DNA of 64,000 bases, taken from positions 76,260,001-76,324,000 of the forward strand of contig OZ296656.1 in assembly GCA_965655095.1 (NCBI GenBank). Reading direction: 5' to 3'. Position 1 is the first letter of the stretch. Each line of letters starts with the position of its first letter. Below are positions 46,820 to 60,199 of this stretch, in pieces. A model generated the notes under the pieces. The model was not told where the DNA came from. It saw only the letters and a list, made by a program, of their open reading frames with translations, and did not search any database. The DNA is from Haplodiscus bocki. Its lineage: Eukaryota. The position numbers and the translations under genes were made by a program.

Positions 46820-49800
46820 AGGAAAGTCCTGCTAAGCTAGGCGAATTAGAAAAATTTTTTCAGTGAAATTAAATCTCGAAATTGTGCAATTTCAACTGAA
46901 ATAAAATTGAGTTGCCCATCAATTTTATCTTGCCGCCCTTGTGACAGCCAAAATTTACCTTCTATTTGCTTGTATCCGTTCTGTCAAAAGTTTCCTACCT
47001 CATCGCTTGTCAGAATTAGTAGGTGTATTTGTTTTGCCCTGGGTTGTTGCAACGTCTATCCCAATAAATGCGATAAACAAATTCCACTCAATTCGTAATC
47101 TCGGAGGTATTGTAAGTCAAATTTGAATAGCAAATAAACGAACTGCACTAATCATTTTGGGTATTTATCTGAGATTTACAATTTCTCGAGCTCTTCACTT
47201 ATCACCGAAAATTCTCAATTTCAGTTTCACGTCAATTTTGGATTAAAAACTAGCGTTTTTTCTAAAGTTTGAGCGTTCTCTGTAACGCGATAACTTGTCT
47301 CGATGATGCAGAAGAAAAATTGTTGGGGTTTCTAGGGAAAGAGAAGAAAGGACTGGATCGAGATTTTAGAAGCAACAATGCTAGAGTCTTCAAGGAGGGT
47401 GAGCTGCATCGCCGGGATGGCAAGGGTGCATTCCGAATAGTCAGTTATCTTCAATGGTTGTCTCAAAAAATAGTTTCTCTTGAATCGAACTCTAGTTTTG
47501 AGCAGTAGCGAAGCCGGGAGTTGATCCGCTGTCGGATAATTGCTGTCGGTTTGGAAGCAAATTTTTCTTGGCGTCTATGGACTGAATTAGCGGTCTGAGC
47601 ATGGTTTTTAAACTGATTGGGCCGAAATCGGAAGGGGCTAGCTTCGGGTTGGAAAGAATCTGCGGGTTGAAGTTTTTGTTGATCCTCAAAGTTGTTGTCT
47701 GCGAGGAATTGTCGGTCTGTAGTTGTTGGAAGTTACACTGCTAGGTTGTTATCGCTGGCTACAATGGTGGAAATGGAACCAGGGTTAACTTCTTTGTCAG
47801 TTGAGGCCAGATCAGGAAGATACATCGCAGGATAATTTGGAGGTGGCTGAATTATTACTTTTGGGATTGTGGAGGCTGCCGAGCTAGAGGGAATGAAAGT
47901 TCGTGTGTCCGCATTTTGACTAGAAATTATAAAAGGATTGTCGTTGCTGAGGGAAGGCTCTTCGGTGCTTTCTGCCACGAAGTCAGGTAGATCTGAATTC
48001 AACTTCGGTTGGGCCTGGCCGAAAACAAAAAATCATCTAGCTGCAATTACCATGTGGACTTTAAATTTGGTGGAACCTAACCTAAATCTGGAACCAGTTT
48101 GTAAGTAAGAAGCAGCCTCATTGTTGGAGCTCTCAGCAGAATTTCCATCCCCAAAGTTTCTCGGAACGACTAGTTATCACAAGAAAAACAGCTTTCTTTA
48201 TCACCGGATTCATAATTGCCGTATTAAAGCAGGCGCTCTGTAAGCACTGACACATAAAGGGAGCTAATTTTATAGTAGAGTGCCGCTACTTGTTAAACGA
48301 CGTCGAGATTTTCATGAAATGACGATGGTCTTAGTCCAGAAGATTAAAAGCAGTTCGTCAAAAAAGTGCCAAATCAACCTAGCCTCTACTTTAGCCCAAT
48401 TTAAAAATTATAATCTGGTGAGCCCCGTCAGGCTGGTTATAATATGTCTGGTGGTGAGATTTTGACTGATGAAAGATGTTTGAGCCCTTTAATTGTTGTC
48501 TGGATAGAGGAAGAAAAAAGTTTTTGTTGAAAAAATGGTTAATGGATCCATGCATTGTAAGGGGGTTTGTCACTTCTTGAGTTTCTATAATTATTAGATT
48601 GTTGCAGGATTGTAGACTTGGGTCACGGACTTCCCCACATGGTTAGTGAAAGTGGGTGGGATGTTGATCAATGATACCTCGTGCAATGCCCCAAGGTCAG
48701 AGTCCATATATACAAGTACATCGTCCAAGCTTTTGTTTTCCCGTTTGTCCAGTAATCTGGAGATCTTTAGGGTGAAAAGAGGTTCGAAAATACTGCTGTT
48801 CGGGCTGTTATGGGGGTTGGTATTACGAGGGTAGATTCTCAACAGGCCCGGATTCTGACCTGAAGGGAGCTGCCGTCATGAATCCATAAGTTGGTAATGA
48901 CTATTTACTCTCATTGACCAGAGCATAATATTCGAAGAATTCGCTGTTCACGTTACAGATCTCAAATAAATTGGCTGGTTGTTGTTGCTGACAGGTTTTT
49001 CAATCAAGGTCTAATGAAGGTGGTTTACATGCGACGAATGGATGAAGTTTTAGGCGTGAGCACTCAGAGGAGCATTCAACTGTAGTTGAAAAATGAAAAA
49101 TTTGAAAGAATATAGAACAGAAATGCAAAAATGACTTCAGAAGCTTTAGAACTCCAATGGGAGTGGGTCTGGCATTTCACTGTCAGGATCGCCGATTAGG
49201 GCGTTTTCTGCCATATCAAAGCCGTTGCCATTGTTCCTTTACAGAAATTTTGTTTTTTTTTCGGAAAAAAACTAGTTAAATTCATCTTGCCAGGCTTCTC
49301 CTTCCGTAGTTAGGAGTTCAGTAGTTGGGCTGCTTCCATCATTCAGTTGACGAGAATGGCCCGTATCTTGATCATATTGGAATCGGCGGATGAATTTGAC
49401 AGTTCTGTAGTCCCATATGGGAGCAACATTCTTTTTGATGGACGCATCCTACCGCACCCTTCGTATTTCTTCGTCTCTCAATTTTTCCGACACCAACTTG
49501 GAGTGTGTCCGTTTTTTTGACGATAACTACAGAACCGGAATTTTTTTTTGTTTTCCCCTTTAGATGGGATTAAATTGCGAGAAAGTTGCTCCAACGGTAT
49601 TAATTCGCTGTCCTCGTAGTTCTGTTTGGAGGCTTCTCAACTCTTAGCTCAATGTAACCAATTCAGGTTTGCTTTGTTCCACATCATTTAGAAGTTTCTA
49701 TGATACTTGTAATATTACATCCTCTTGGATATTGTGATTTCATAAGTCTTTCCATGTAGCGTTCGGGTACTCCCTTAAGTGTTATCTGGCGTTTCGTTGT

Positions 49801-51689
49801 AAATACTTTAGTTTAGTTTCTAGTAGACTGTAGTCCATGTATCTTTGTTTTCTGTTGTCTTCCTTGTGTTGCTCGTTCTGCATTTCGTTGGGCATTCGAG
49901 ATACCTTTCAATCTCTATTTACCGTTTTCTTCTGAAAATTTTCTCCATCTTTTCTAATACAGTGTTCGACATCCAATCGAGGGCGGAATTTGTTTCGTCC
50001 ATGTGAAAATCTAGTAGTAGAGTTCGTTCTGATTTCAATGCACATGGTAACAGCCTCTATCAGTTGAATGAAAGATTGAGCATCTTGATCAGGTTCGGTG
50101 CTAGAGCACTTGTCTGAGGCTAGGTAAGGATAGGCAAGGTGAACTACAGCTACTGTGACAACTATCGAAAAAACACATCACCGATACAAATAAAGCTCCA
50201 GCAAAAGCACAAACTCAACAAATGTTTCCTAGTAAAATAAATGCTCACAGATCAGCCTCACTGGTCGCCTCAGTTTGTTGTGCGTACAAGGGGTGTAAGT
50301 AATCACATTATCAAATATTTTTACTATTGTTCGTTTTAGCTATAAATGCTATGAGGCGTGTGTTGCCGTACGTCTACGTTTTCGTCTAAGGAAGCCCCAA
50401 AAACTTACACTGATTTTAGGATTGTAAAATTGCCTTGCTAATCCGCGCAGACAAAGTTCCGTAAAATCTACTAGCAAAGACTTGGTGAGCAAAGGAAAAT
50501 TACAAAAAGACATGATATGTTTGACGAATATACAGAAAGGGCAGTCAGCTAGATAAAGGTAAATGTGCACAAGATAAGAGTAAACCTTGGAAAAATGAAA
50601 TTACTGGCGGCGAGATTTGAGCCATGCAAATTATTTAAATCCAGCAGCAATCTTCATACTTCGAAAACCACTCGTCTTACATACAACGTAAAGAATATAT
50701 TCTTCCAAAAATTAACATGATTACACAAATGGAGGTAGTCATCAACAAATTTAAGTTACAAATCCTTCCAATTGAAATGGAGATATTCACCAAGTCTATG
50801 GACTAAATAACGGAATTTTTTTAATGGCTTTTCGGCTAGGACGAATGATTATATTCGTTCGTTCTTCAGCTCAGGCTTTGCCTTTTTGTTTTTTGTTTAA
50901 ATTTTAGTTTTACTTGTCTTCTTCAGTTCAATTTGTTCTGAGACTCTGGTGACATGCTGTAAAAGCAGCCGATAAAGTCATGTCTCTCAAATTCGATTTA
51001 GGTCCGAACCGAGAGTTAAATGTGGTGGAATTACCGAACGGGATATCAGATTTTATCCAAGACTCCGGTAACATGCCATGAAGGCACTCGACGTAGTCAA
51101 GCTATTTAGGCCCTTTTTGTCTAGCGTGAACCACTGACAAGGCAAAGAGTTTACATACATGTTTTTAGGAACCTATAGTTCTATTAGCCTTCTACTCAAA
51201 ACTCGAGTAACCTGCCCTAGCACAGCAACTGGGCAAAAGACATTAGATTCGCTGTTTTTCCAACGGTGAATAAATCTTCTGGGTTCATTGGCGGGGTTGA
51301 ATTATTTTAGGTTTTATTTACTGCTCAGGTATGGTTTGCTGTAGGAGGCAACGTGGTGATTTGCTCGCGGTCCCTTTTCGACTCGAACGCAGCAGTTCCT
51401 TCGCAATTTATCGAGATCTCACATGTTCCTTTTACCTTTCATCTACTACTCAGGTGAAGCTCGCAAAAAGCAGCACCTGGTGATGTTCTAGTCCCCTTTT
51501 GTCTCGCACGCAGCAGGTCCTTCGCGGTTTATCGCGAAGGATTTTTCAAAAGACAACAACTAGTGAGATTAACTCTACTAGGTGAGAGCAAAGATACAAC
51601 TTACGATTACCGAAGTTGGGTGAGGATACTTGTAGGTTGAGTGCGGTGTGAGGCTCAGTTGAGTTGTTCAGCCCAGATGATGCGAATGA

Positions 51690-52075
51690 TGAAAATCGGC
51701 TAAGACTACAATTTGAAAAAGTCTTGGAAAACTTTCGATAAGAAGCAAAAGAATTGCGGCTAAGACACAGTTTGTAATATGCTTAGAATTTTATTCTTGA
51801 GGTGCAAATGAATTTCGGCTGAGACACACTTTGGAAATGTCTTAGAATAAAATCGATGAGGTGCAATTGAAATTCGGCTCAGACACAATTTGGAGTTCTC
51901 CTAGTTTAACTTCGATAAGATGCAAAAAATTTTTCGGACACATTTTGAAAAATTGTTTGAATCAATCCGGGATAAAAATGATTTCCAGCTAAGACAGTCT
52001 TGCAGGCAAAAAAGTCTATGAATAGTTCCAGAATATTGATGATTTGTGGCTAAGATACTTTTGCAGGTGAAAAAT
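51690..52075. repeat. ~60-bp tandem repeats inside the right LTR
   Basis: Recurring cggct(a/g/c)agacac...tcttagaa units, with a different unit composition from the left LTR. Confidence 0.8.
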
Positions 52076-52255
52076 GCGCTGATTATTTCCGAGGAGAAGC
52101 AAGTTTGAGGTAGAAGAATACAATTTGCTTTATGGATGAGGCCAGAAGATTTCGTCAGAAATTTAACAGAGGGCTGACTGTGAAAATTTTTCGCCTCGGT
52201 TTATTAAGCAAGTGAACGGGAGCGAGCTCGTCGAACCCATGGTTAAGCACTGGGG

Positions 52256-52319
52256 TTTTATACCTCGTTTGATCACGTGACCATGTCACGTGATCGGGCA
52301 TGTTGGTCATGGAACCAAT
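52256..52319 (-). promoter_or_regulatory. LTR promoter module with a perfect double E-box palindrome
   Basis: ttttata at 52256-52262; GATCACGTGAC-cat-GTCACGTGATC at 52271-52295; ccaat at about 52315. Confidence 0.6.
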
Positions 52320-53124
52320 AGGAAAATCCTGCTAAGCTAGGCGAATTAGAAAATTATTTTCAATAAAAATAAATCTCGAAATCGTGCAATTTCAACTGAG
52401 AAAATCGATTTGTCCATCAATTTTTTCTTGCCGCCGTGGTCACAGCCAAAATTTGCCTTCTTTTTGCTTGTATCCGTTCTGTCAGAACTTTCGTCCTTCA
52501 TCGCTGGTCACAGTTGGTAGGTGTCTTTGCTTTCGCCCCGGCTTGTTGCAACGTCTCTCCCAATTTTTGCGGTAAGTAAATTTCACTCCCTTCGTAGCCT
52601 TGGAGGTTTTGTAAGTCAAGTTTGAATAGTAAACAAACAAACTGCACTAATTATTTTGGGTATTTATCTGAGATTTACAATTTCTCGAGCTCTTCACTTA
52701 TCACCGAAAGTTCTCGAGGTTAATTTCAGCTTCACGTTCTTCTTGGATTATAAAATAGCGTCTTTTAAGATTTGACCGTTCTGTGTATCGCGGTTAAATG
52801 TTCCGAAAAATCGATGTTGTTTTCTCTTTTATTTCAAGTTTGCCTCTCTTTAAGTCATGCCCCAAGTATAATTGAGCATATTGGTTTAGTTTTTCCTTGA
52901 TCGGCCTTATAAGATCTCATATAACCACATTAGGAATCTCCAGTAATCATGAACTTTTGCGGTACTGAAATAGTGGCGAACTTGGTTGAGAAAGAAAAAT
53001 TGAATGTTTTTGTTTCCCGTCGAATTTTTTTTCGATAGGAAAAAATGAGTTCAGTTTTTTGAGTTTTTTTTCCATTTCATGATTTTGCCAATGGCGCGCA
53101 GAGTTCGTCTGCAGAACCGTTGGT

Positions 53125-53202
53125 GTCTGATATAATACATCGTTGGTTGTCACCGCGGCTGGGAATCCAAATGTGGCAGGTTCGAATCCCGCTGTCCACC
53201 AT
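53125..53202 (+). pseudogene. tRNA-derived relic (SINE head or tRNA pseudogene)
   Basis: T-arm gcagGTTCGAATcccgc followed by tgtccaCCA. The 5' half does not pair cleanly. Confidence 0.45.
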
Positions 53203-53479
53203 AGGTTTTACTCAGTTTTAAATACTTCTTAACACACTCCTATTTTCTAAAAACGAAAAACAGGTTTTTTGCACAAATTTAATGGTTTCTTGATAACTGG
53301 CTTTTTTCTTTAAAAGTATCCGTACTGCGCCGTTTTTGCTACAAGTCGTTTTTTCTTGAATATTTTTCGAATAACGTGGAGAGAACTGAGATTTTTTTGG
53401 AAACCGACAAATGTTCATAGATTGAATAAAGTTAGCTATGAAGTTAATTAATTGAACTTTTTTTGAAAAACGTTTGCTT

Positions 53480-56400
53480 TCTGTTTTTTTCCATTATCCT
53501 AGTTTCTGTGGAGCCAGACAACTTTGTGTTTAATTTGGAAATGTATCTGTTGGATAAATCGTTCTGGGATCTTCACATTGAAAAACTGCCAAAAGCAGCA
53601 AATAATTTGGAGAATTCTGAAAATCAGAACTCATTTTCCTCCAAAAAAACCACGTTCAAGTTTTTCTATTGGGTCTCTACCGAAAGCCTTATACTTGTAA
53701 AAGGGTAAACGGTTCTAATAAGTTGGCTTTTATTTCCTGAGTCAGAGCCCTATTAGACCGGTTATGCGAAAAAAGTGCCATGAACTTTTAGAAACCTCGA
53801 CGTTTCTCCTGGAAGACTGGCTGGAATTGTTCCATCAAGGGCTCAATCGAAAGCGTTCTACTTGTGGCAAACCATTTGCCCAAAATCTTTTTTGATATTG
53901 TTCCTTGCGTCGGAAACTTGATAGTGCTGGCTTTCCAAAAAAACGTTAATGTTGATAAATGTTGCTTTTCGAAATCAAGTTTCTCGGCAACTACAGGGTT
54001 GATCTCATCCATTAAGATCTCAGTCAATCCGATTACCTAAGTAGAAGAGGAGGTGAAAAAAATTATTGATCTTTGCATTAGTAAGTTAATGGTCCGAAAA
54101 TTCCATAAAGTATCATTAATAGTGATCAATATCGACATTCGAACTCATGTTCCTCCATAACTACAGGCTCAGCTTTTCTCTCAAGGTCTCAATCGAAAAC
54201 TTTGAACTTGTACAGAACGATTACATTCAGAAACAAGTTTTTGACGCGCCTTGGTTCACATTTCTCATAGTTCGAAGATTCCACAATGTGAATTGTTCTA
54301 TCAATATTGATTCAACCCTACATTCAAACTCTTTTTTCTCTCTATTTTATACACTCTATTTTTTCAATCAAGATCCCAGTCAAATGCTATGAACCTGTAT
54401 AGCAATGTTCTGATAAAAACAAGTCTTTTTGTTCCTGTGTTCTGAGTTTTGTCACTTCAAAATTCCAAAACTTGCCAGTAACAAGGGTTTGTTCATAAAA
54501 TCCTACTTATCTTTCAATGTTACCACGAGCTTGTTTTCTTCCATCAAGGTCTGTATCAAAACTTTCATTTATGTTACGGTGGATTTGATTGAAAAATCTT
54601 TCAGTTTGAACCTTGCATCAGAATATTGATAGTCTGAAAGTTGCAAAAACAGTTATTAGTTTTAACTTATCCCGTTATTCAAAATCATTTTTCTACGTAA
54701 CTAAAGGTGTCTTTTATTTCCATGAAGGTCTCAATGGAGCACTAAGAAGCTCCTAGGGATTATTGGATTGAAAAATCTTTTTTTTCAAACCTTGCGTCAT
54801 AAAACTTTTGCCCGAATTTTCCATAAAAGGCTATTATTTTTGACTTATCTTTTTATTAGACACCATGTTTATGTGTAATTTCAAATTTGGTCTCTTCCGT
54901 TAAAGTGTCAAACAGATTTTTTTTCAAATATAGATAACGATTTGATTAGAAAAGCATTTCTTTTGACATTGCAGTAGAATCTTAATAGTCCGAAAAGTGC
55001 CATTATTTTTGATTCATCCCGGGACTCGAACACTTTTTTCTCTGTATTTAGAGGCCTGATTTAACTAATCAAGATCTTATTTAAAAATTTTAACGTTTTG
55101 AAGGAGTACTCTTTGCAGGAGTCATTCATTTTATCCTTTTTCCAGAATGTTGATAGTCCAATGTTTCCAACAGGTGCTAAATGTTTGAATCAAATCGGTT
55201 TCCAACTCATTTTTCTCAGAAACTACAGTTCTGGTTTTTCTCTAAAATACCTCCATCGGAAATCTCCGACTTGTGGAGCACGATTAAAACTAGAAAAAAA
55301 AATTCTGAGCCTTAGATCAAACTTCTGATAATCTGAAGTTTCTAAAATGTGCTATTAATTTTGAGTCGTCCCGAAATTCAATTTTTTTCTCCGTGAGTAC
55401 AGGCTTAGTTTCTTTCATCAGGATCTCAATTGAAAGTTCTTGATTTGTATACGAATTTTTTTTCGAAAAATGATTCATTCATTCATTCAGTTCGAAACCC
55501 TATTAGTCCAAAAATTACCATAATTTTCGAATCGAACTTCCCTCGTTAATTTACCGCGTATTGCTCCGTGACTACAAGCTTGATTTCTCCTATTAAGTGT
55601 CAAGATCTCAATTGTTACTTTTTAGTGGTAAAAGAACTTTGTATTTAAAACTGATTGATTTCGTTCCTTGTGTTGGAATTTTGGTACCTAGAAAATTCCA
55701 AAGAGCTGCTTTTAATTTTAACTTTTTTACGTTGTTCCAACTCACAATTCTGTACAACTGCTGATTTGATTTCTAACTTCAAGGTTTCGTTCTAAACTTT
55801 TTTGTTTTTGGCGGAGTGATGGAGTTTCAAAAAGTTGACTTTGTTAGTTGCGTCACATTCATGATGATCTGAGAATGATAAAACATTTTTAATTTTGATA
55901 AAAATCTGTATTCAAACCCATGTTTGTTCAAAACTTCAGGCTTGATCTATACTGGAAATGTCGCAATCGAAAACTTCGTACTTTTGAAGTAGTTTCACGT
56001 TAGAGTTTCATCAATTCCATTTCTGCATTGGAATACTGACGAACCAGAAAAGCCGGAAGTTTTTGTAATTAGTGATCAAGCTTGACTTTGAGGCGCGTGT
56101 TTTTCAAAACATTCGCTTGATTTTTTCGTTCAAGGTCCGAATTTAAAGCTTACCACTTGTTTTGGTGAGTTGGAGTGTTCCGTCAGGAATTATGGGTTTT
56201 TTGTCCAGTGGAATACTGATGGACCAAAAATGCCAGGAAATGATATTAGTCTTGACTTGCCAAGATGTTCAGTTTCCTTTTTCTTCAGCTCTACTACCTT
56301 CGTTTTGCCTTGAAGGTGTCACTCGACAACTTTTTACTAGAGGTGGACTATTTGTTTGTAAACTCCATGAAGAGTTCTCTCTATGCCGGAATTGGAATCC

Positions 56401-56750
56401 TGATTGATCAAAAGTGGCAAAGTGCCATCGGTATCGAGATATCTCGATATTCTAACTCGTCCTCCTCAAAAACTACGGATTTGAATTCTTCTTTCACGGT
56501 CTGAATTGACAATCATATAATTTTAGGTATTTTTTAGATGGAACAATCTTTGTTTGTGTCGATTTGATTGAAATTTTGTTGGTTTGAAACTGCAAGAGGG
56601 TTCATTTGGTATTAAAGTTTCGTTGATCTTTAAATTCATAATTCTCAGAAGCTACGGGCTTGAATTTCGTCGACAAGGTCCCCGTCGAGGGACTTTCTTG
56701 TCTATAACGGGTTTTTTTTGAAAGTGATTTGGTGTGTTCGATCATTTTTT
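53480..56750. repeat. Degenerate ~177-bp tandem array (~17-18 units)
   Basis: A tcaaggtctcaatcgaaa-like motif recurs at about 53834, 54010, 54181, 54366, 54543, 54722, 54900, 55068, 55417, 55593, 55778, 55955, 56129, 56309, 56493 and 56672. Confidence 0.75.
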
Positions 56751-59419
56751 GCGCCCCTTTGACGGAAAGCATTGCAGTGCGACTGCGCTTTTTGGTTGTG
56801 TATTTTTTTCAGTATTTTTGCCGAATATGTTGAGTCTACCTATGCTGCCGTACTTGCTGACACACATTACTATAAACAATTCAAAGGGGAAAGAGCATAC
56901 TTGCACCCATGATTTTTTCTGTTTTTGAATACAAGTCCTTCATAAACGAGTTTTTTTTCAATTGAAATTTGGGTTGTGATGTGAACACTGCTCAAAAATG
57001 TTCACTCCATAGCATCATTTTCAAAACTCAACTGAGAAAACATGATTTTCAGCTGTTTTACATACTTTGAGTAATTTGGCAAAAATACCTTTTTGAAAAT
57101 TCTCAATAGAAACTTCTCGCTTTTATAAAAATACCGTAATGGAACACTTCAGGGATCTGCATTTTTCCAGGAAAAAGTAACACGAGCACATTGATAGCTC
57201 TCCAACTGAGTACGGTGGAAGGTGATTTTTCGAAAAACAATCACAAGTGGAAACAAATCCGGTTCTGAGTTGTTAGAATTTTCAGACATTCCTTCATTCT
57301 CTTTGTTTTTGTTTTTCAGTATAGACTTCAAATGTTCGCAAAGCCAGCGACCTGAACTACAATAGTTATATCTTCACCTTTTATTGACCGTTTAGTAACT
57401 TATGAAGTTTTTACATGAGTGAATTCACGGATCTTCATATTACGTTATTTTTTGACTGGACATTCAATCTCTTCTTTTCCAGAAAAAAAGTTGTCCCTAT
57501 CTTTTTGAATAGCTTCACTAAACAGTAATTTTGTACAAACACATAACAATGGAGTTTCAGAGTTTTAGTTTTTAATAATTGAGCTGTCATTTTTAGTTAA
57601 TGTATTGATGGTCTTAGGTTTCCTAGACAGTTTAGTTTGAGTCCAAAAGACGTCTCGTCCAAGTTTTCCAGTCCGATTTTGAGCAAAGCCCTCCATTTAC
57701 AACTGTTTTGTGAACGAAATTTTGGCCATATATCATCAAAATTACCGAAAATATGGTTTCCACAATTTTATTATTATTTGATTTTGAAAAATTTGTTATA
57801 ATTCCACTTTTTTCAATCTAGTTGGTTTGTTAATCAGTGGAATTATTTTTTTGAAATGTCTGGTTCGAGCCACTGTCGCACGTGGTAGGGGTATTGAAAG
57901 TCTATTATTTACTTAGTTGTGCTGGCGGTTGAATTAGTCAGCACTGCTGCGTGGTAGCGACGGCTAATATTTACAAGTCTCGATAGTGTGCCTTGATTAA
58001 CCGTGCGAACAAAGGGATTGCGTGAATTCAAGCAAGGACTTTTGAGCTATAGTGAAGAAAGGTACGAAGAAATGTTAAATTATTGGTAAGCGTATTCAGT
58101 TTGCCAAATTTCAAACTTCGAAAGACTGCACGTTCGTAAGGGGAAGTTACTAAGCTGTAACCGTGGGATAGCACAGGGAAATTCACCATATGGTCTTTAA
58201 CTTTCCCTTATATAGTTGCTTCACAAACTCAACTTACGTCTATCTATACCCGATTTATAGCATATCAATTTTGGCCCGTTACTCCAGCGAAGATTTCGAA
58301 ATTTATTCAACAAGAAGTTGGAAGAATAAAAGAGGGGTCAATTAGGGGATGCCACATTTTTTTGAATTGTAATCACGCTAAATTAATTCCACTTTAGGAG
58401 TCGAATTAAAATCAAAATCAAATAATCCAGACCACTTTTATTTAGTCTGAATTAAATATATAAAATGAAATCAACATCCACCAATTCAGACTACTTTAAT
58501 TTAATCTGAATTGAAATTTTGAAATTAAAATTAAGCGTTGAATTAATTTAATTTAGAATCTATAAAATCATGAAAAGAAATTGAACTTGTTCAATTCAGT
58601 CCAATTGAATTATAAAATAAATTGTTACAATAGATTCTTGGACTACTCAAATGTAGTCCCAATAAATTTCAAAATTATAAATTAAACTTATAAAACATCA
58701 GAATTAAAGCTAATCCACATCCACATCCACTGCCTGATAGTAGAACAAAACGTTTCACATACACCATTTTACTTTTTTGACCAGCGCGGGTGGCGAACAA
58801 GTCCCGTCATACCTCTGGTCGGCTTTTTAGCCCGCCATTTTACGTTTTATTTTGCGTTTAGCTAAACCACGTCACTCTCTAGAATTCTAAGGTTAACGGG
58901 TTAAAAAAGACTAGCCCCTGTTTTAGTCCCAAGCTGGATAAATCAGTCGGTAGGGAAAGGGGGTTCAAATTACATGCATTTTACATTACATGCATTTTAC
59001 ACTACTCTTAGTATAAAAAAAGACCTCACTATGGGGTTTTAAACTTAAGCTGGTGTTTTAGTCGCTGCCGATTAACAGTCCGGACCCACGGGAAACCAGC
59101 AATGAATAAATTTTATTCTCTTTTATCTGCGACCAATGCATGCGTCATAGGGACTGCCAATAGGTCGTGAATAATAGACATTTTACTTTTACCAATGAAT
59201 AGTTAAAACTAAGTCATAACAAAAAGAGGAAAAACTCACAAAAAGGGATTTTACAAAAATGGAACAGTCACAAAAATGGGCCACAGTGCAGTGGCTGCAC
59301 ACTGCTACCGGGCGATTAATCCTATATCAACTTCTAGCCGGTCAAGCCTCTGCTAGGAACCGTAGTTGAAACTAACGGAAGTCCTCGTGGATTGTGTAGG
59401 TGCTGCTGGTAGGATGAAA

Positions 59420-59617
59420 GCTGGTTGTTGCTGCTAATTGCTGCTGTTGATTGCTGATACTGGTTGCTGCTGTTGATTGCTGCTGCTGGTTGCTGCTGTT
59501 GATTGCTGCTGCTGGTTGCTGCTGTTGATTGCTGCTGCTGGTTGCTGCTGTTGATTGCTGCTGCTGGTTGCTGCTGTTGATTGCTGCTGCTGGTTGCTGC
59601 TGTTGATTGCTGCTGCC
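59420..59617. repeat. 26-bp CTG-rich minisatellite
   Basis: Unit ggttgctgctgttgattgctgctgct, about 6-7 copies. Confidence 0.95.
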
Positions 59618-59619
59618 CA

Positions 59620-60010
59620 AAAATCTTTGAATATTTCCGGGATGTAGTTGATGATTTGCGGCTAAGACAAGTTGCAGGCGAAAAAGTCTTTGAATATTTT
59701 CGGTTGTTGATGATTTGCGGCTAAGACAAATTTGCAGGCGAAAAAGTCTTTGGATATTTTCGGGTTGTTGATGATTTGCGGCTAAGACAAATTTGCAGGC
59801 GAAAAAGTGTTTGGATATTTTCGGGTTGTTGATGATTTCCGGCTAAGACAAATTTGCAGGCGAAAAAGTCTTTGAATATTTTCGGGTTGTTGATGATTTG
59901 CGCCTAAGACAAGTTGCAGGCGAAAATGTCTTTGAATATTTTCGGGTTGTTGATGATTTGCGGCTAAGACAAATTTGCAGGCGAAAAAGTCTTTGAATAT
60001 TTCCAGAATA
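59620..60010. repeat. ~60-bp near-perfect tandem array
   Basis: About 6 copies of ttgatgatttgcggctaagacaaatttgcaggcgaaaaagtctttgaatattttcgggttg. Confidence 0.92.
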
Positions 60011-60199
60011 TTGATGGGAGAGAAGTGGAAGAGAGGTTCGCCTCGGGGAACTAGGCTGGAAACCGAATGATTACTCTGGTTGCGCGCTGGTTATTTATAC
60101 TCGATGTTTCAAGATAGCCGCCGGTTGAGCGAGAGCCAATAGGATCATTTGGTGAGAAGTGGAGAGCGGGACGGCTGGCTCTGTAGAGCAGAATTTTTG

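Larger units (their letters stand above)
44720..47292 (-). repeat. Left LTR copy (3' LTR)
   Basis: Collinear with 50276-52796, with long near-identical blocks (e.g. 45480-45700 vs 51040-51280; 46660-46860 vs 52160-52360). Confidence 0.8.
44720..52796 (-). mobile_element. Non-autonomous LTR retroelement with ~2.5 kb LTRs (LARD-like)
   Basis: Two long direct repeats (44720-47292 and 50276-52796), both starting TGT. AATGT flanks both ends (44715-44719 and 52797-52801). A PBS-like sequence (aactgaggcgaccagtgagg) on the minus strand abuts the right repeat. The 3-kb interior has decayed minus-strand frames with no recognisable RT or integrase motifs. Confidence 0.75.
50276..52796 (-). repeat. Right LTR copy (5' LTR)
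   Basis: Collinear with 44720-47292 and followed on the minus strand by the PBS-like site at about 50255-50275. Confidence 0.8.

Noticed and set aside
53125-53202. Functional tRNA gene
   Set aside because: The acceptor and anticodon stems do not pair. An encoded CCA suggests a retroposed or SINE origin.
59372-59620. Poly-Q/poly-A ORF (NQQQQPAAAINSS...)
   Set aside because: Product of a 26-bp minisatellite. The unit length is not a multiple of 3, and it lies inside a solo LTR.
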